This document shows positions 25,220 to 35,830 of a stretch of DNA of 64,000 bases, piece after piece (positions within the stretch are counted from its first letter, which is position 1; each line of letters begins with the position of its first letter). The notes below the pieces were generated by a model that saw only the letters and a program-made list of their open reading frames with translations, did no database searches and was not told the DNA's origin. The stretch comes from Vicugna vicugna (taxonomy: Eukaryota). Made by a program: the position numbers and the translations under genes. Location of the stretch: NCBI GenBank assembly GCA_013265495.1, contig MU063882.1:165543-229542 (forward strand), read 5' to 3'.

Positions 25220-25520
25220 CCTGCTCAAAAACCTTCCCATGGATCCCCATTAGCCCCAGAATGAAGTCCAAACTCCTTAAGCCCTCCACAGCTTGGCAAT
25301 AGCCCACAATTTCCTATTCATCCTCTGCCACTTCCTCGCCACACACAGACGAGCCTGCCCGAGAGCACTGCCAGTTGTGTCTCTAAGCATCAGTGTGGTG
25401 CTCATTCTTCAAGCCCATCACAAATGCTGCTTCCTTTGGGCTTCACATGAGCTCCCCAGTCAGAATCGATTCCTCATCCTAAGTGCCCTCCAGGACCAAT
25501 CATATGAGGTCTTTCCCCAA
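25220..25520 (+). mobile_element. L2 fragment
   Basis: cctgctcaaaaccttcccatgg...aagtccaaactcctt. Confidence 0.65.
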
Positions 25521-26409
25521 CCAGACTCCTTAGGGCAAGAGATCCAGTCTTACAGATCTTTGTCCCCCATGGTCACACGCTGTGTCTGGCACATGACAGG
25601 CAGGGTGCAAATATGGGTCATCCTGAGAGAATCTTGCTCTTGGGTCTCTCACTTCCGTGCTTTCAGTCTGACTTGTTCCAGACTACTTTATAGCAGGAAC
25701 ATCTCAGATCCGATTTCTTCAAAGCATTCTCAACATTTTTTACATGGCTTTAGATGACATTTTTGAAGAGGCTTCAATCCCACACACACTTTGCTTCTCC
25801 ATCAAAGGAGGTCACCCTGAACAGCATCTGTGGACTGTGGGATTTTCAGGTACAGGTCAGGTGTTCTTGGGCTCAGAACACCCGGGGTATCCAGCCTCTG
25901 CTTTTCATCTCACCTCCGAGAATGGGTTGGTTTGCTGCTATGAACTCTAATCCAAGAGAAGCCAGTCCTGCAATCACACAGGATGAGGACTCAGGCATCC
26001 CTCTGGAGCTGACTCCTAGGGCTGCGGTGACATCTCCTGCCGGCCTGTCCTCCACCTAACTCAGGGCTTAACTTCACCCTGAGCTTCCATCCACAAAAGA
26101 GTTCTGGCTCGCGGATGAGCCCAATGAGATTGAGCCGCACTTTTCACAGCTTCCAAGATTCATCTCTTCATTGGAAAAATATTTTTCAAAAAAAATTGTA
26201 AAAAATGAAAACTCAGTGAAGCACAAGGGACCCTTGGGAGTCCAATCAGGACTTAAACTCGTTGCCAGTCGCTCTCTTTCTCCTGAACACGGCATTTGTC
26301 CTGGGACATTAAATCCCAAGCACGGTGCAACATTTCCGAGTGGTTTGGCATCTTCACAGCTGGTCCTCCCCTCATTAACAAAAGAGCAATAATAGCTAAG
26401 TTAACTTCA

Positions 26410-26770
26410 GTTTATCCGCTGGCTGACCCCACCGACTAGACTTTCTGAGGAGAACACCGGCCCAGCCTGCTTGGCACGGGACTCGGCCAAGCTGGATGAG
26501 GCGCAGGTCTGAGCACATCTGATGGCAGGGCCGTTCGCTGGGCAGGCCAGCGAGCAGGACGTAAACACCTCATCAGGCTCCCTGATCGCGGCCGTCCCTG
26601 GGCCTCCCTGACACGGGCGGGTATTTGGTCACCAGGCCTGAAGGGCGTGGCCCTGGTCAGTCTGAAGGGTCAGAGGGATTTCAGGCGCCGTAGATGAGTC
26701 ACTGGGAAGCCTTTTCTCTCCCTCCATCCCACCAACGAGATCCACAGACTGAGGGGATGACTCAGTCACT
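26410..26770. promoter_or_regulatory. Candidate intronic enhancer (CpG-rich, two AP-1 sites, one forkhead site)
   Basis: About 18 CpG in 26401-26700; TGAGTCA 26695-26701, TGACTCA 26758-26764, GTAAACA 26561-26567. Confidence 0.35.
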
Positions 26771-27361
26771 TGGCTCACTCGGGCTGGGGGCACCTGGGGA
26801 GGACACCCGCCTTGGTCCCCTTTTCTGCAGGTGACCACAGACGCAGCCCTCACATGTTCACAAGCTCATACTCACACAGACAACCACTGAGCCCGGCCCT
26901 CTCCCCTCAAGTCCAGTTCTGAATTGTTCTCAAGGAAATAACCTTAACTTTGAGAACTTAGTGGACAAAGATATTTGTCAATGTGTCACCTACAATAATG
27001 TGAATAATAAAGGGGGGGAGCGGTCCTAAATGTCCATCTCTGAAAGGCTGAGGTATTTTAAATGCTTATAAAGAGTTTTTAGCTCCACAGAAAACTGTCC
27101 ATGTTATATATGATATATGTTAAATAAGAAAACTGTATACCATTTATAGGGTAAAAAAAAAGTTTGAATGCATACATTCAAGTAGACTAGAAAAATAGTC
27201 TTCAAAAAGACTAGAAGCAAACATACCAAAATACTAATTGTGGTTGTCCATCCAATACAATTATGGGCAATTTCTTTTCCTTTCTTTTTTTATGTTTACA
27301 AATTTTCCACCTTGTCTTTAATGAGTATAATTGACTTATTATAAAAAAAATCTTTTAAATA

Positions 27362-27432
27362 AATATATAACTGAATCACTTTGCTGTACACTTGAAACAC
27401 AACATTGTAAATCAACTATACTTCAATTTAAA
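27362..27432 (+). mobile_element. Very short L1 3' tail
   Basis: aactgaatcactttgctgtacacttgaaacacaacattgtaaatcaactatacttcaat. Confidence 0.75.
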
Positions 27433-29587
27433 AAATGTTTAAATATTTTTTAGGAAAACAAACAAAATATACCACAGCCAAAAACCTACTTTCTCCAGAA
27501 AGCTTTTCTATAAACGAATATTTCTTTTTTTTTAATTTCCACTTATACTCTCCCTGCTTTTCAACATGATTTAAGTGGTTTATGAGAAAAACATAAGATA
27601 GGGGAAATAAAATAAGGAGCAAAGAAAGAAAAGAAAAAGAAAAGAAATTGAAAGAGAGAGAGGGAACACCCACAGCCCACAGCCTGAGGTCTCTGAATAG
27701 GCTCCAAGGTAAAATCCTGCAGTGATTTCCCTCAAACTGGAATTCAAGGCCCAGAGAGATCATTTTATGACTTTATGACTCTGCTGACCAAGCCCACTCA
27801 GGCTGGGGCGGACCCCAGGGCCCACCCTTCCCATGTGCCACGTGCCAGCGGATGAGAAGGAGCCCTGGGCTCACATGGTAGACCTGTCTCATTCCTCTGC
27901 CCCTACCTTCCCGGTCCCTTAGTACTTCGGCCCACCTCACACCCCTCCACCATGTCAGACTCCCCAGTCCTGAGCTGGCTCCCACAGGGGCGTGGCACAC
28001 TGGCCCTCGATCCGACTCCCGGGGCCCCAGTCTCTCCCACACCCCTCATCTGCGGTCCAGCTGCACCTTGAGCTCATGTAGAGGGGTGCCCAGGTCAGGC
28101 ACTGGTGTCTCTGGCTGGCTGGCACCTGCTATCTGAGGCACAGGGTGAGGTCAGCTGCTTCAGAGTGCAGGGCTGAGCAGACACCACCTGCCATGGCCTC
28201 TCACAGCAGGTTTTCCTGCCTCATTTGCTGATATCTGGAACAAAGATTCTTAATTCTTCTAGTCATGGGCCCTTTTGAGAATCTGATGAAAGCACACTTT
28301 GATACCATCTGGGGGCGTTCCTTGAAGATTTCCCGGGGAAAATGGACCACGAGGTTCAGTACCTCTACTTTAGGGGTTGCCTCTGCACCTGAGACTTCTG
28401 CCAGGCCCTGCAGGCACCTACCATGTCCCAAGCCTTGACTGCCACCACACCCTGCCTCAGAGTGGACGGGGCCAATGTTTTCCTGCTGTAGTCCCTGCCA
28501 CACAAGGAGGGGTCTCTGTGTACATGGGAAGGGTGTAAGTCCCCCAGGGGCATCCTGGGCAACTCTCTTCTCAACATAGTGACAAACGGCCATTTACTGA
28601 GCACCTCCGACATGCCAGTCACTGCGCACCAAGTCCTTTACAATGTCATCCTTGATCCTCACAACTACACTGCAAGATCTGAGGTAAGGAAACCAGGCTC
28701 ATGAAGATGAAGAAGCTTGTCCAAAATCACACAGCAGATCTGCCTGTATCACAGCCCTTGCCTCAACTCCAGGAGGCTGGTCCCCAGATCCCCAGCAGAG
28801 AGACGCACACAGCCCAGGTTTCCTTCAACTCCACAAAACATGCCCAGAGATCACAGCATCTCCCCTTCTCCAACTGTGGGGGGCAGGCAGGGGGGTCTCC
28901 ATATGGAATGCCACATTCATCATGGGGTGTTGTGCATAGCTAGGAAGAGACAGAGCCCAGCCTGGACCCCAGGTCTGTCTGGGGTTTTCCATCTATCACA
29001 CTGTCTCCCTGTAATTCATCCTGAGTTGTTTCCCTGGAGATTTCTAAAGATTTTTCTTTGCCTCTTGAACCTTTCAGCAACTCTGCCGGCAACCCGAGGG
29101 GGCTGGGGTGCTCTCAACCGATGTCCTCTATCTCTGAGAAGCCTGGGATGCCCAGCGCCTGCACCTGATGCGTGTGACTGTATCTGGATTTGACCTGAAC
29201 ATCTGTTTCTGTATCCACAGGGAAAAAAATACCTTGGTCCCATTTGAGCTATGTGCTCTCAGGAAGAACAAAGATAGAACAGGATGAGGAGAGAAAACAA
29301 CTCACACAGACACACAAACAAGCTAAAACAGGCAGAGGGAAGATACAAAGGCTTAGCCCTTCCTCTCAGCACTCAGGTAACGTGGCTTCTTGGTATGCCA
29401 CCAGTGGTGCTGTGGTTCTGCAGGGCCCGAGGTCTGTACCCAAAGAATGTCATGGGACCCCACCGACCTTGCCTGGGCCAAAGGGGTCAGCCCTGGTCAC
29501 AAGCTGTGACGAAGCGCAGCTCCCTCAGGGCTGGGCTGGGCCCCACACCCTCTGGGAAGGTGGCTGCTGGGAAGCTGTACGTGGCAC

Positions 29588-29618
29588 CTGTGGTGTCCCC
29601 ACCCCCAGCCATCTCCAT
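29588..29618 (-). CDS. SLC12A8: Candidate alternative first coding exon of SLC12A8 (MEMAGGGDTT + G, phase 1); unverified
   Basis: ATG GAG ATG GCT GGG GGT GGG GAC ACC ACA G|gtgcca. Both ATGs are in strong Kozak context, there is an upstream in-frame stop, and the phase matches the exon at 24759. Confidence 0.3.
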
Positions 29619-29659
29619 CTCTGGGGTCTGCTGAATTTAGAAGAGGCTGTTGGGAAGTC

Positions 29660-29860
29660 ATCAGCCCCGCATGTGGGTGTCGGATTGCGACCGCTGACTA
29701 ACTTAGAAAGCGAGATTTCTAAAAATGACGCTGGCACTGTGGGCCCTGCCACCCCTCTGCGAGCTGCGGCTCCAGGCGGGGCGGCGGGCTTCCGGGCCTG
29801 GCTTTCTTCTTGGCTTGGGTCCCCCACCCCTCCACGAGCGAGACAGCCCTTTCCTGGGAA
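29660..29860 (-). promoter_or_regulatory. Promoter-like CpG patch with GC box and ETS site
   Basis: About 14 CpG in 200 bp; GGGGCGG 29778-29784 and CTTCCGG 29789-29795. Confidence 0.4.
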
Positions 29861-30938
29861 CAGACAATGGGAGAGGCTGGTCCAACCAGGAATAGAAAGA
29901 GCAGAGGGAGGGCCCGGGAGAGAGGAAGGCGGGAGGGGCACACTGCCCAGACCCAAAGGGCGGCCTGGGGCCTGACCGATCACAGGAAGAGCCGCTCTGT
30001 AAGGAAAAGGAAAGGAGAGGCCGAGGTTCTGGGAAGGGACACACACACCAAAACAACGCCTGGGGGTGGGGAGGGCAAGAGAAGGCCACCAAGAGCTCAC
30101 TGAGCATCCCCAGAGGAGGAGGAAGTACAGTAGGGTGTGCAGTAAGGGAAGTACAGATGGTGCACCAAGCATCGCACTGGACGTGGCTCCTCCCGAGGGC
30201 CCCCTCCTCGGTGGAGCCGACGGGAACCCTGGATGGTCTGCCCAGCGCTGGTCACTACCTCAGCCACTCTGGGACTCTGTCTCATGGGGACAGACACCTG
30301 CAGCTTGGTGGAGAGGGCAACAAGTCTGAAATCAACAAGTCTGACAAAGAGAGGTCGGTGACAAAGAGAAGAAAGGCGTGCCCAGGGCCCCATCTTGCCA
30401 CTGCGGCCTCGCAGAGCTCCTGCCCACGCAGCCCTGCACTCCCCAGACAGTCTGACGTGGGCACAGACGGGCAGTGAGACCCAGCACGCCCCGGCTGCCT
30501 GGGCTGCTCAGCGGGGCTTTCCTCCCCTGGGCTTTGGCGTGAGGTCCTGGGAGCTACAGAGGGTGAGGCAGCCACAGTCACAAGAAGGAAGGATGCACCC
30601 AAACTAAGCTCAAAGAGCACAGCTTAGGAGAGGTCCGGGCTGTTCTCCTCCTCCCTGGGGTGGAGCCTGAGGCCCGGAAGATCTCTGGGAGAAAGGGAGA
30701 ACTGTGACAGGACCAAGGGTCAGGACCCCTGCCTTCACACCTTCACACCCTGCTTCTGCCACAGACCCACTGTGGGACTGTAGGTGAGCACTTTCCCCTT
30801 CGAAACGCAAATTCTGACTCCGTCCATCTGGGATGGGCCAAGATTCTGCATTCTAAATGAGGACCCCAGTGATACAGAGCATGCTCCCAGTAGCAGATAC
30901 CACATGGTTTTTCAGAACCCTTCTCTTTCTGAAGGTTG

Positions 30939-31409
30939 TGTGAATGAAAAATACTGCAAACCATACCAGTAAACAAAGAATGCTGAAACCATCAACTCCC
31001 CCCAGTGAAGACAAGCCTGCAGCCCAACCTCTGCGGCCACTCACAATGGTGCACTCTGAGGGGGGCTCAGAATAATAAAGGACAGGATACTGGCCCTAGA
31101 CAGCTAGGTGCTTGTCAAAGGAATGAATTCAGTGAGCCCAAATGTGTGCTTCCTCCCATACATAGAAAACCACTAAATTCTTTTAACTTGAGATGCCTAG
31201 TTTTCTTTAGAAAACAGGTAATCTTTTATTGTTTCAACGACCTGGTCTTTGTTGTAAAGCTCCCATATATCCTGGCTCCTCCCCTACCTCTTTAGAGCAG
31301 TCCCTCAGAGCCATCTGAGAGGCTGTCACCCCAGTTCCCGGCTCGAGGCCTCCCGCCAAATAAAACATAACGTCTCAACTTCCAGGCTGCACATGTATTT
31401 CAGCTGACA
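30939..31409 (+). mobile_element. Solo ERV1-type LTR (471 bp)
   Basis: TG...CA termini, 4-bp TSD GTTG (30935-30938 and 31410-31413), AATAAA at 31359-31364. Confidence 0.75.
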
Positions 31410-31922
31410 GTTGCCAGCCAGAAGCCCATTCTCAAGACTCAGGGCACATAGTCCCAATCCGCCATTGATTTCCAGCGGCAGATGTAAAATTCCAAACCGG
31501 CTTCCAGAACTTGTCAGCGCTGCCCACAGTGAGCCCAAATGTGTGCTTCCTCCCATACATAGAAAACCACTAAATTCTTTTAACTTGAGATGCCTAGTTT
31601 TCTTTAGAAAACAGGTAATCTTTTATTGTTTCAACGACCTGGTCTTTGTTGTAAAGCTCCCATATATCCTGGCTCCTCCCCTACCTCTTTAGAGCAGTCC
31701 CTCAGAGCCATCTGAGAGGCTGTCACCCCAGTTCCCGGCTCGAGGCCTCCCGCCAAATAAAACATAACGTCTCAACTTCCAGGCTGCACATGTATTTCAG
31801 CTGACAGTTGCCAGCCAGAAGCCCATTCTCAAGACTCAGGGCACATAGTCCCAATCCGCCATTGATTTCCAGCGGCAGATGTAAAATTCCAAACCGGCTT
31901 CCAGAACTTGTCAGCGCTGCCC
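31130..31922 (+). repeat. Perfect head-to-tail tandem duplication (2 x 396 bp, period 397)
   Basis: 31130-31525 equals 31527-31922 with no mismatch found by eye; one extra A at the junction (31526). Confidence 0.95.
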
Positions 31923-34284
31923 CCTACCTCCTATCACCCTTCCCTTTCTCTGTGGCTGTTGATACAAGGTGTGCTCCAGACTGTGAACTGAGGTCATTAC
32001 CACATTTTTAATTTGTTCATGAAACACAGCAATTATGAGTTACAAGTACTGCCTCTAGGTATTCCATTATTACAGTCACAGGTGCCTTCCATTAGTGCAG
32101 ATACTGAAAGCTTCAAGGTCTAATTCATTGGCCCATTTTAACAATGGAGGCAACTGTAGCTCAGAGATAGAAGCCAGCTACTCAAAAGGCATGAGTTGAA
32201 AGTGGAAAGTAACCCTAGTTTCCAGTCCCATTTAGAGTCCATCAAATACTAAGTCCCCATCTGCTGGACTCTCCCAGTCAAGTGGGTGACAGCAGGCCAG
32301 TCCACTATAGGCGCCATAGAGATACTGTGAAATTGAACTGGATCAGGCTGTATTGACTTGGACTGTACTGATGGTGGACTGCAGGGATAGAAGAGGCAAT
32401 AGTGATGGCTTTGGAAGAGGCCCCCAAGGCAGCCACCCACAGCGCGGATTTCCCTCCCCATGGGACTTCTGGGCAGTGAGCGAGGAGCCTTCCCCAGACC
32501 ACAACCCCATCTCTGGCTTCAGCCCTCTTGAATTTGGTCCTCCAAAGGGAGGGTGGAGTGAGGATGTGAGCAGGGTTTCCAGCTCTGAGGCCCCCACCCA
32601 GAGAGAAAATACACAGAGGGAGGGCTGGGCATTCCAGCAGTGGCCAGAAGGGAAGTGTGAAGTGGGGCTGGGCCTGCCCAAAGGGCGCAGGGAGGAGCAG
32701 CCTGGAGCCTCCAGGCCCCCAGGGAAGGCCTCCACCCTCCAGGACAACTGGCTGTCCGGAACAGCTGGAAAAGCCCCCAGGGCCGGGAAACCCAGGGCAT
32801 GAAGTGCCTGGGTTAGGGGGATGTCAGGGCAGCCCCCTTGGGAGGGGGTGGCTGAAAATTTCCAGTAAGAAGAGAAGCTCCTGCCAACCCTTACAATCTC
32901 AAGCAGCCAGTCCTGGAGTTCCTTCTGAGCAAAGGATTCCTCACTTACGAAAGGGACGATGAACCTTTTCCTGATGAAGAATGAATTCTAACATCCAAGA
33001 ACTTGTTCCATCCTCTGACATGGGCTCTATTTTAAACGCTTATTGAAACTTTCCTTATAACGGCCTTGGGGTCAGCAAGTTGAGATGAGAAGATATTTTC
33101 CCCTGGAGAGGCCCTAGAATGTTAAGGAACTCACACCTCACCTGGACCCAGGACACAAAGAAGTATCTTGAGATAGTAACAGAGATTGTCACCGACGCTG
33201 AACAAGGGTTTGTGCCAGGCACTGTTCCAAGTGCTCTCTATATATCCGCTCACAACCTCCTGATGAGGTAGGTGCATTTGTCAGGTAAGGAAATGAGAGC
33301 ACAGGGAGGAGACCAGACCCAACCTAAGGCTGCAGAGCATGTGGGAGGGGAGCCAGGAGCCCAGCTGGTCAGGCCAGACGGAGGGGACTACAGAGCCCCC
33401 ACCCCCAGCCCGCAGGGCCCCCACTGGCCTGCCCAACACCACTTTCAGCTCAAAGGAGCCCTGAGAAAGGAAAATCTGGCCTTCTTATCTCCTGGGGGAA
33501 AGGAATGCACTCTCCCGCCAGGATAAGAGGCTGTTTTGACAGGAAGTCTCCACCCAGGCTGTGGGTTCCTCCCAGCCACCGCTTACTCCTTCTGACTGTC
33601 CCTGCCCCTGGTGTACACCCTCCTGTATCCCCCCAAATAATTTAACCCAACTGGGGGTCCCCCACATCGGCTGCCCCCCACAGCTCCAATCTCCGTGGGG
33701 GTCCAGCTTTCCGACCTGGGAGTCACTCCCCACCCCATTGCCTGGACACTCTCCAGGCAGGCAGCTGAGAAGGGGGTGGGAGGACAGGGGGCCCCCTGCA
33801 GGGGGCAGTCAGCATCGACAGTTATGCAAGCAGGTCCACCCTCCTGCCAAGCATCACGCTGGAAATATCCAGACTCCCACATCCCCCATTCTGCAGCCAT
33901 GGGCAGTTCTCCCCCACACCTCAAGCACAACCCAAAAAAGAAATGGAATTCCAGGGCAGAAGACTCAGTATCACAGGACCACAGACTGTCTGGCCCATAG
34001 AAGACTGCTGCAGGGGTCTTTAGTCTTAAGTCCATTTTATAAACAGGAAGACTGAGGCCCAAAAAACGAGAACCCCACACCACGAAGTTAGCAACTGGTC
34101 AGGCAAGACCAGAACCCCCATCCAATGTGTCCTTTGGGCCTCCACAGGCCCTTTGATGACACTTGTCTCTGCTGTCACTGCCTGTTACCTGTCAGGTCAG
34201 GGCAGGAACCGTGCTGTCTTATTTCTGGTGTGTCTCCGTGGCCTAGACCCACGGGGTATGCAAAAGCTTTAATACTTTATTAAT

Positions 34285-34730
34285 AAGCCATGGACACAAC
34301 CCCAGTGTGCATCAACAGATGAGCAGACAAACGGCACACGGCATATCTGTACACAGAGTACTCTTCAGCCACCACAAAGAACGAAGTGCTGACGCTGCTC
34401 CAACACAGATGAGTCTCGAAAACATTACGCTAAGTGGAAAAACCACAGAAGGACAAGTATTGTACAATTCCACTTACGTGAAGTATCTGGAATAGGCAAA
34501 TTCATAGAGGCAAAATAGAATAGAGGTCATCCAGGGCTGGGGGGAGGAAGGGGGAGTGTTTGCTTCATAGAAATAGCTTTTGCTTGGGGTGATGAAAATG
34601 TTTTAGAAGCATATAGTTATGAGGGTTGTACAACATGGTGAATGTAGCTAATGCCACTGAATTGCACATTTTAGAATGGTTAAAATGGCAAATTTTACGC
34701 TATATATATATTTCCACAATAAAAACAAAT
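34285..34730 (+). mobile_element. L1MB-type 3' end
   Basis: catcaacagatgag...ggcaaattcatagag...gttaaaatggcaaatttt...aataaaa. Confidence 0.85.
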
Positions 34731-35599
34731 AAGCAAGGGACCACCTCCAGCATCCCTGCTTCTGGCCTGGGCTCCTCTCTGCTTTGCGGGTATGGAATAG
34801 AGAATATAGGAAGCTTTCCGGCCAAGGCTGATCAGAGAGGGAGCGGCAAAGCTGCAGGTACAGAGTAGTCCCAGATGTGGACCCCAACTCTTCCACCACA
34901 GCAAGCCGCCTCCTGGGACGGAAGCAGAAGAGTGTAAGCTATGGCTCTCAGCTGCCGCAAGGCTAGTGAGGCCACCAGTGAAACACCTGACCACGCAGGA
35001 CTCCTCTGGGCTGGCCTGGGCAGGCAGCACCATGGTCTCAGGAGCTCAGGTGGAAATTATGTATCCTCTGCTGATGTCTAGAAATCATGGGGTTTTATTT
35101 AGGGGTCATGGGTGGGGGGATTTGAGGCAGAGCTGTCAAGAAGCACAGACTGTGGTTTCTCAACGACACAGAAAACTTCAGCAGAGTCAAGGGCACTGTC
35201 CCAATCTTGTTTTTTGGCACATGTTCTCCTGGTCACCGGGACCCAGGCCTGAGAGCGGTGGGTCCCACTTAATGAGAGCTGGCCTGGAATAAACATGCCT
35301 TTAACTAGGCTGTCCTGGGTGAGAGCAAAGAGAAAGGAGGCCAGGGACGCTCCTCTAGGGGACTTGGATGATACGCCCCTCCCCTGATACATGAAGTCTG
35401 GTCTGGGGCCAGCAGCGTCAGCATTACCACCACTGAGAGCTGGTGAGAACTGCAGAATCTCGGCTCTCCCCTCCCCTGTCCCCACCTGTGGATGGAACCT
35501 TTATTCTTACAGGATCCCCAGGTCTTGCAGCTTGAGAAGCACTGTCTTAGACTATAACCCAGGGTCCTCCCAGGACCTACTCTTCCAGGATGAACAACG

Positions 35600-35830
35600 A
35601 TAATGATAATTATTATTTATTACGCACCCATTCCATGCCAGCTATGACACTAGGCCTCTTACGTATATTATCCTATGTTATGCTCGGACAACCCAGTAAA
35701 GCAGGCGTTATTACCTGCTTCTCAGAAATGAGGAGAGCGGTCAGAAGGGTTAACTAACTCGACCAAGTCCATGCAATGAGTTAGAGCTGGGCTGGAATTT
35801 GAACACAGAGGTCTGAGTCCAAAGCCATGG
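35600..35830 (-). mobile_element. MIR SINE
   Basis: Near full-length MIR text ending gtctgagtccaaagcc. Confidence 0.65.

Noticed and set aside
29244-30172. Overlapping 243-aa and 215-aa ORFs
   Set aside because: By-products of high GC around the promoter-like patch; non-ATG starts and no domain similarity.
30939-31806. Possible two-LTR retroelement or duplicated small ORFs (31411 and 31808)
   Set aside because: The second copy lacks the LTR 5' part and includes unique flank, so it is a tandem duplication; the repeated ORFs merely reflect it.
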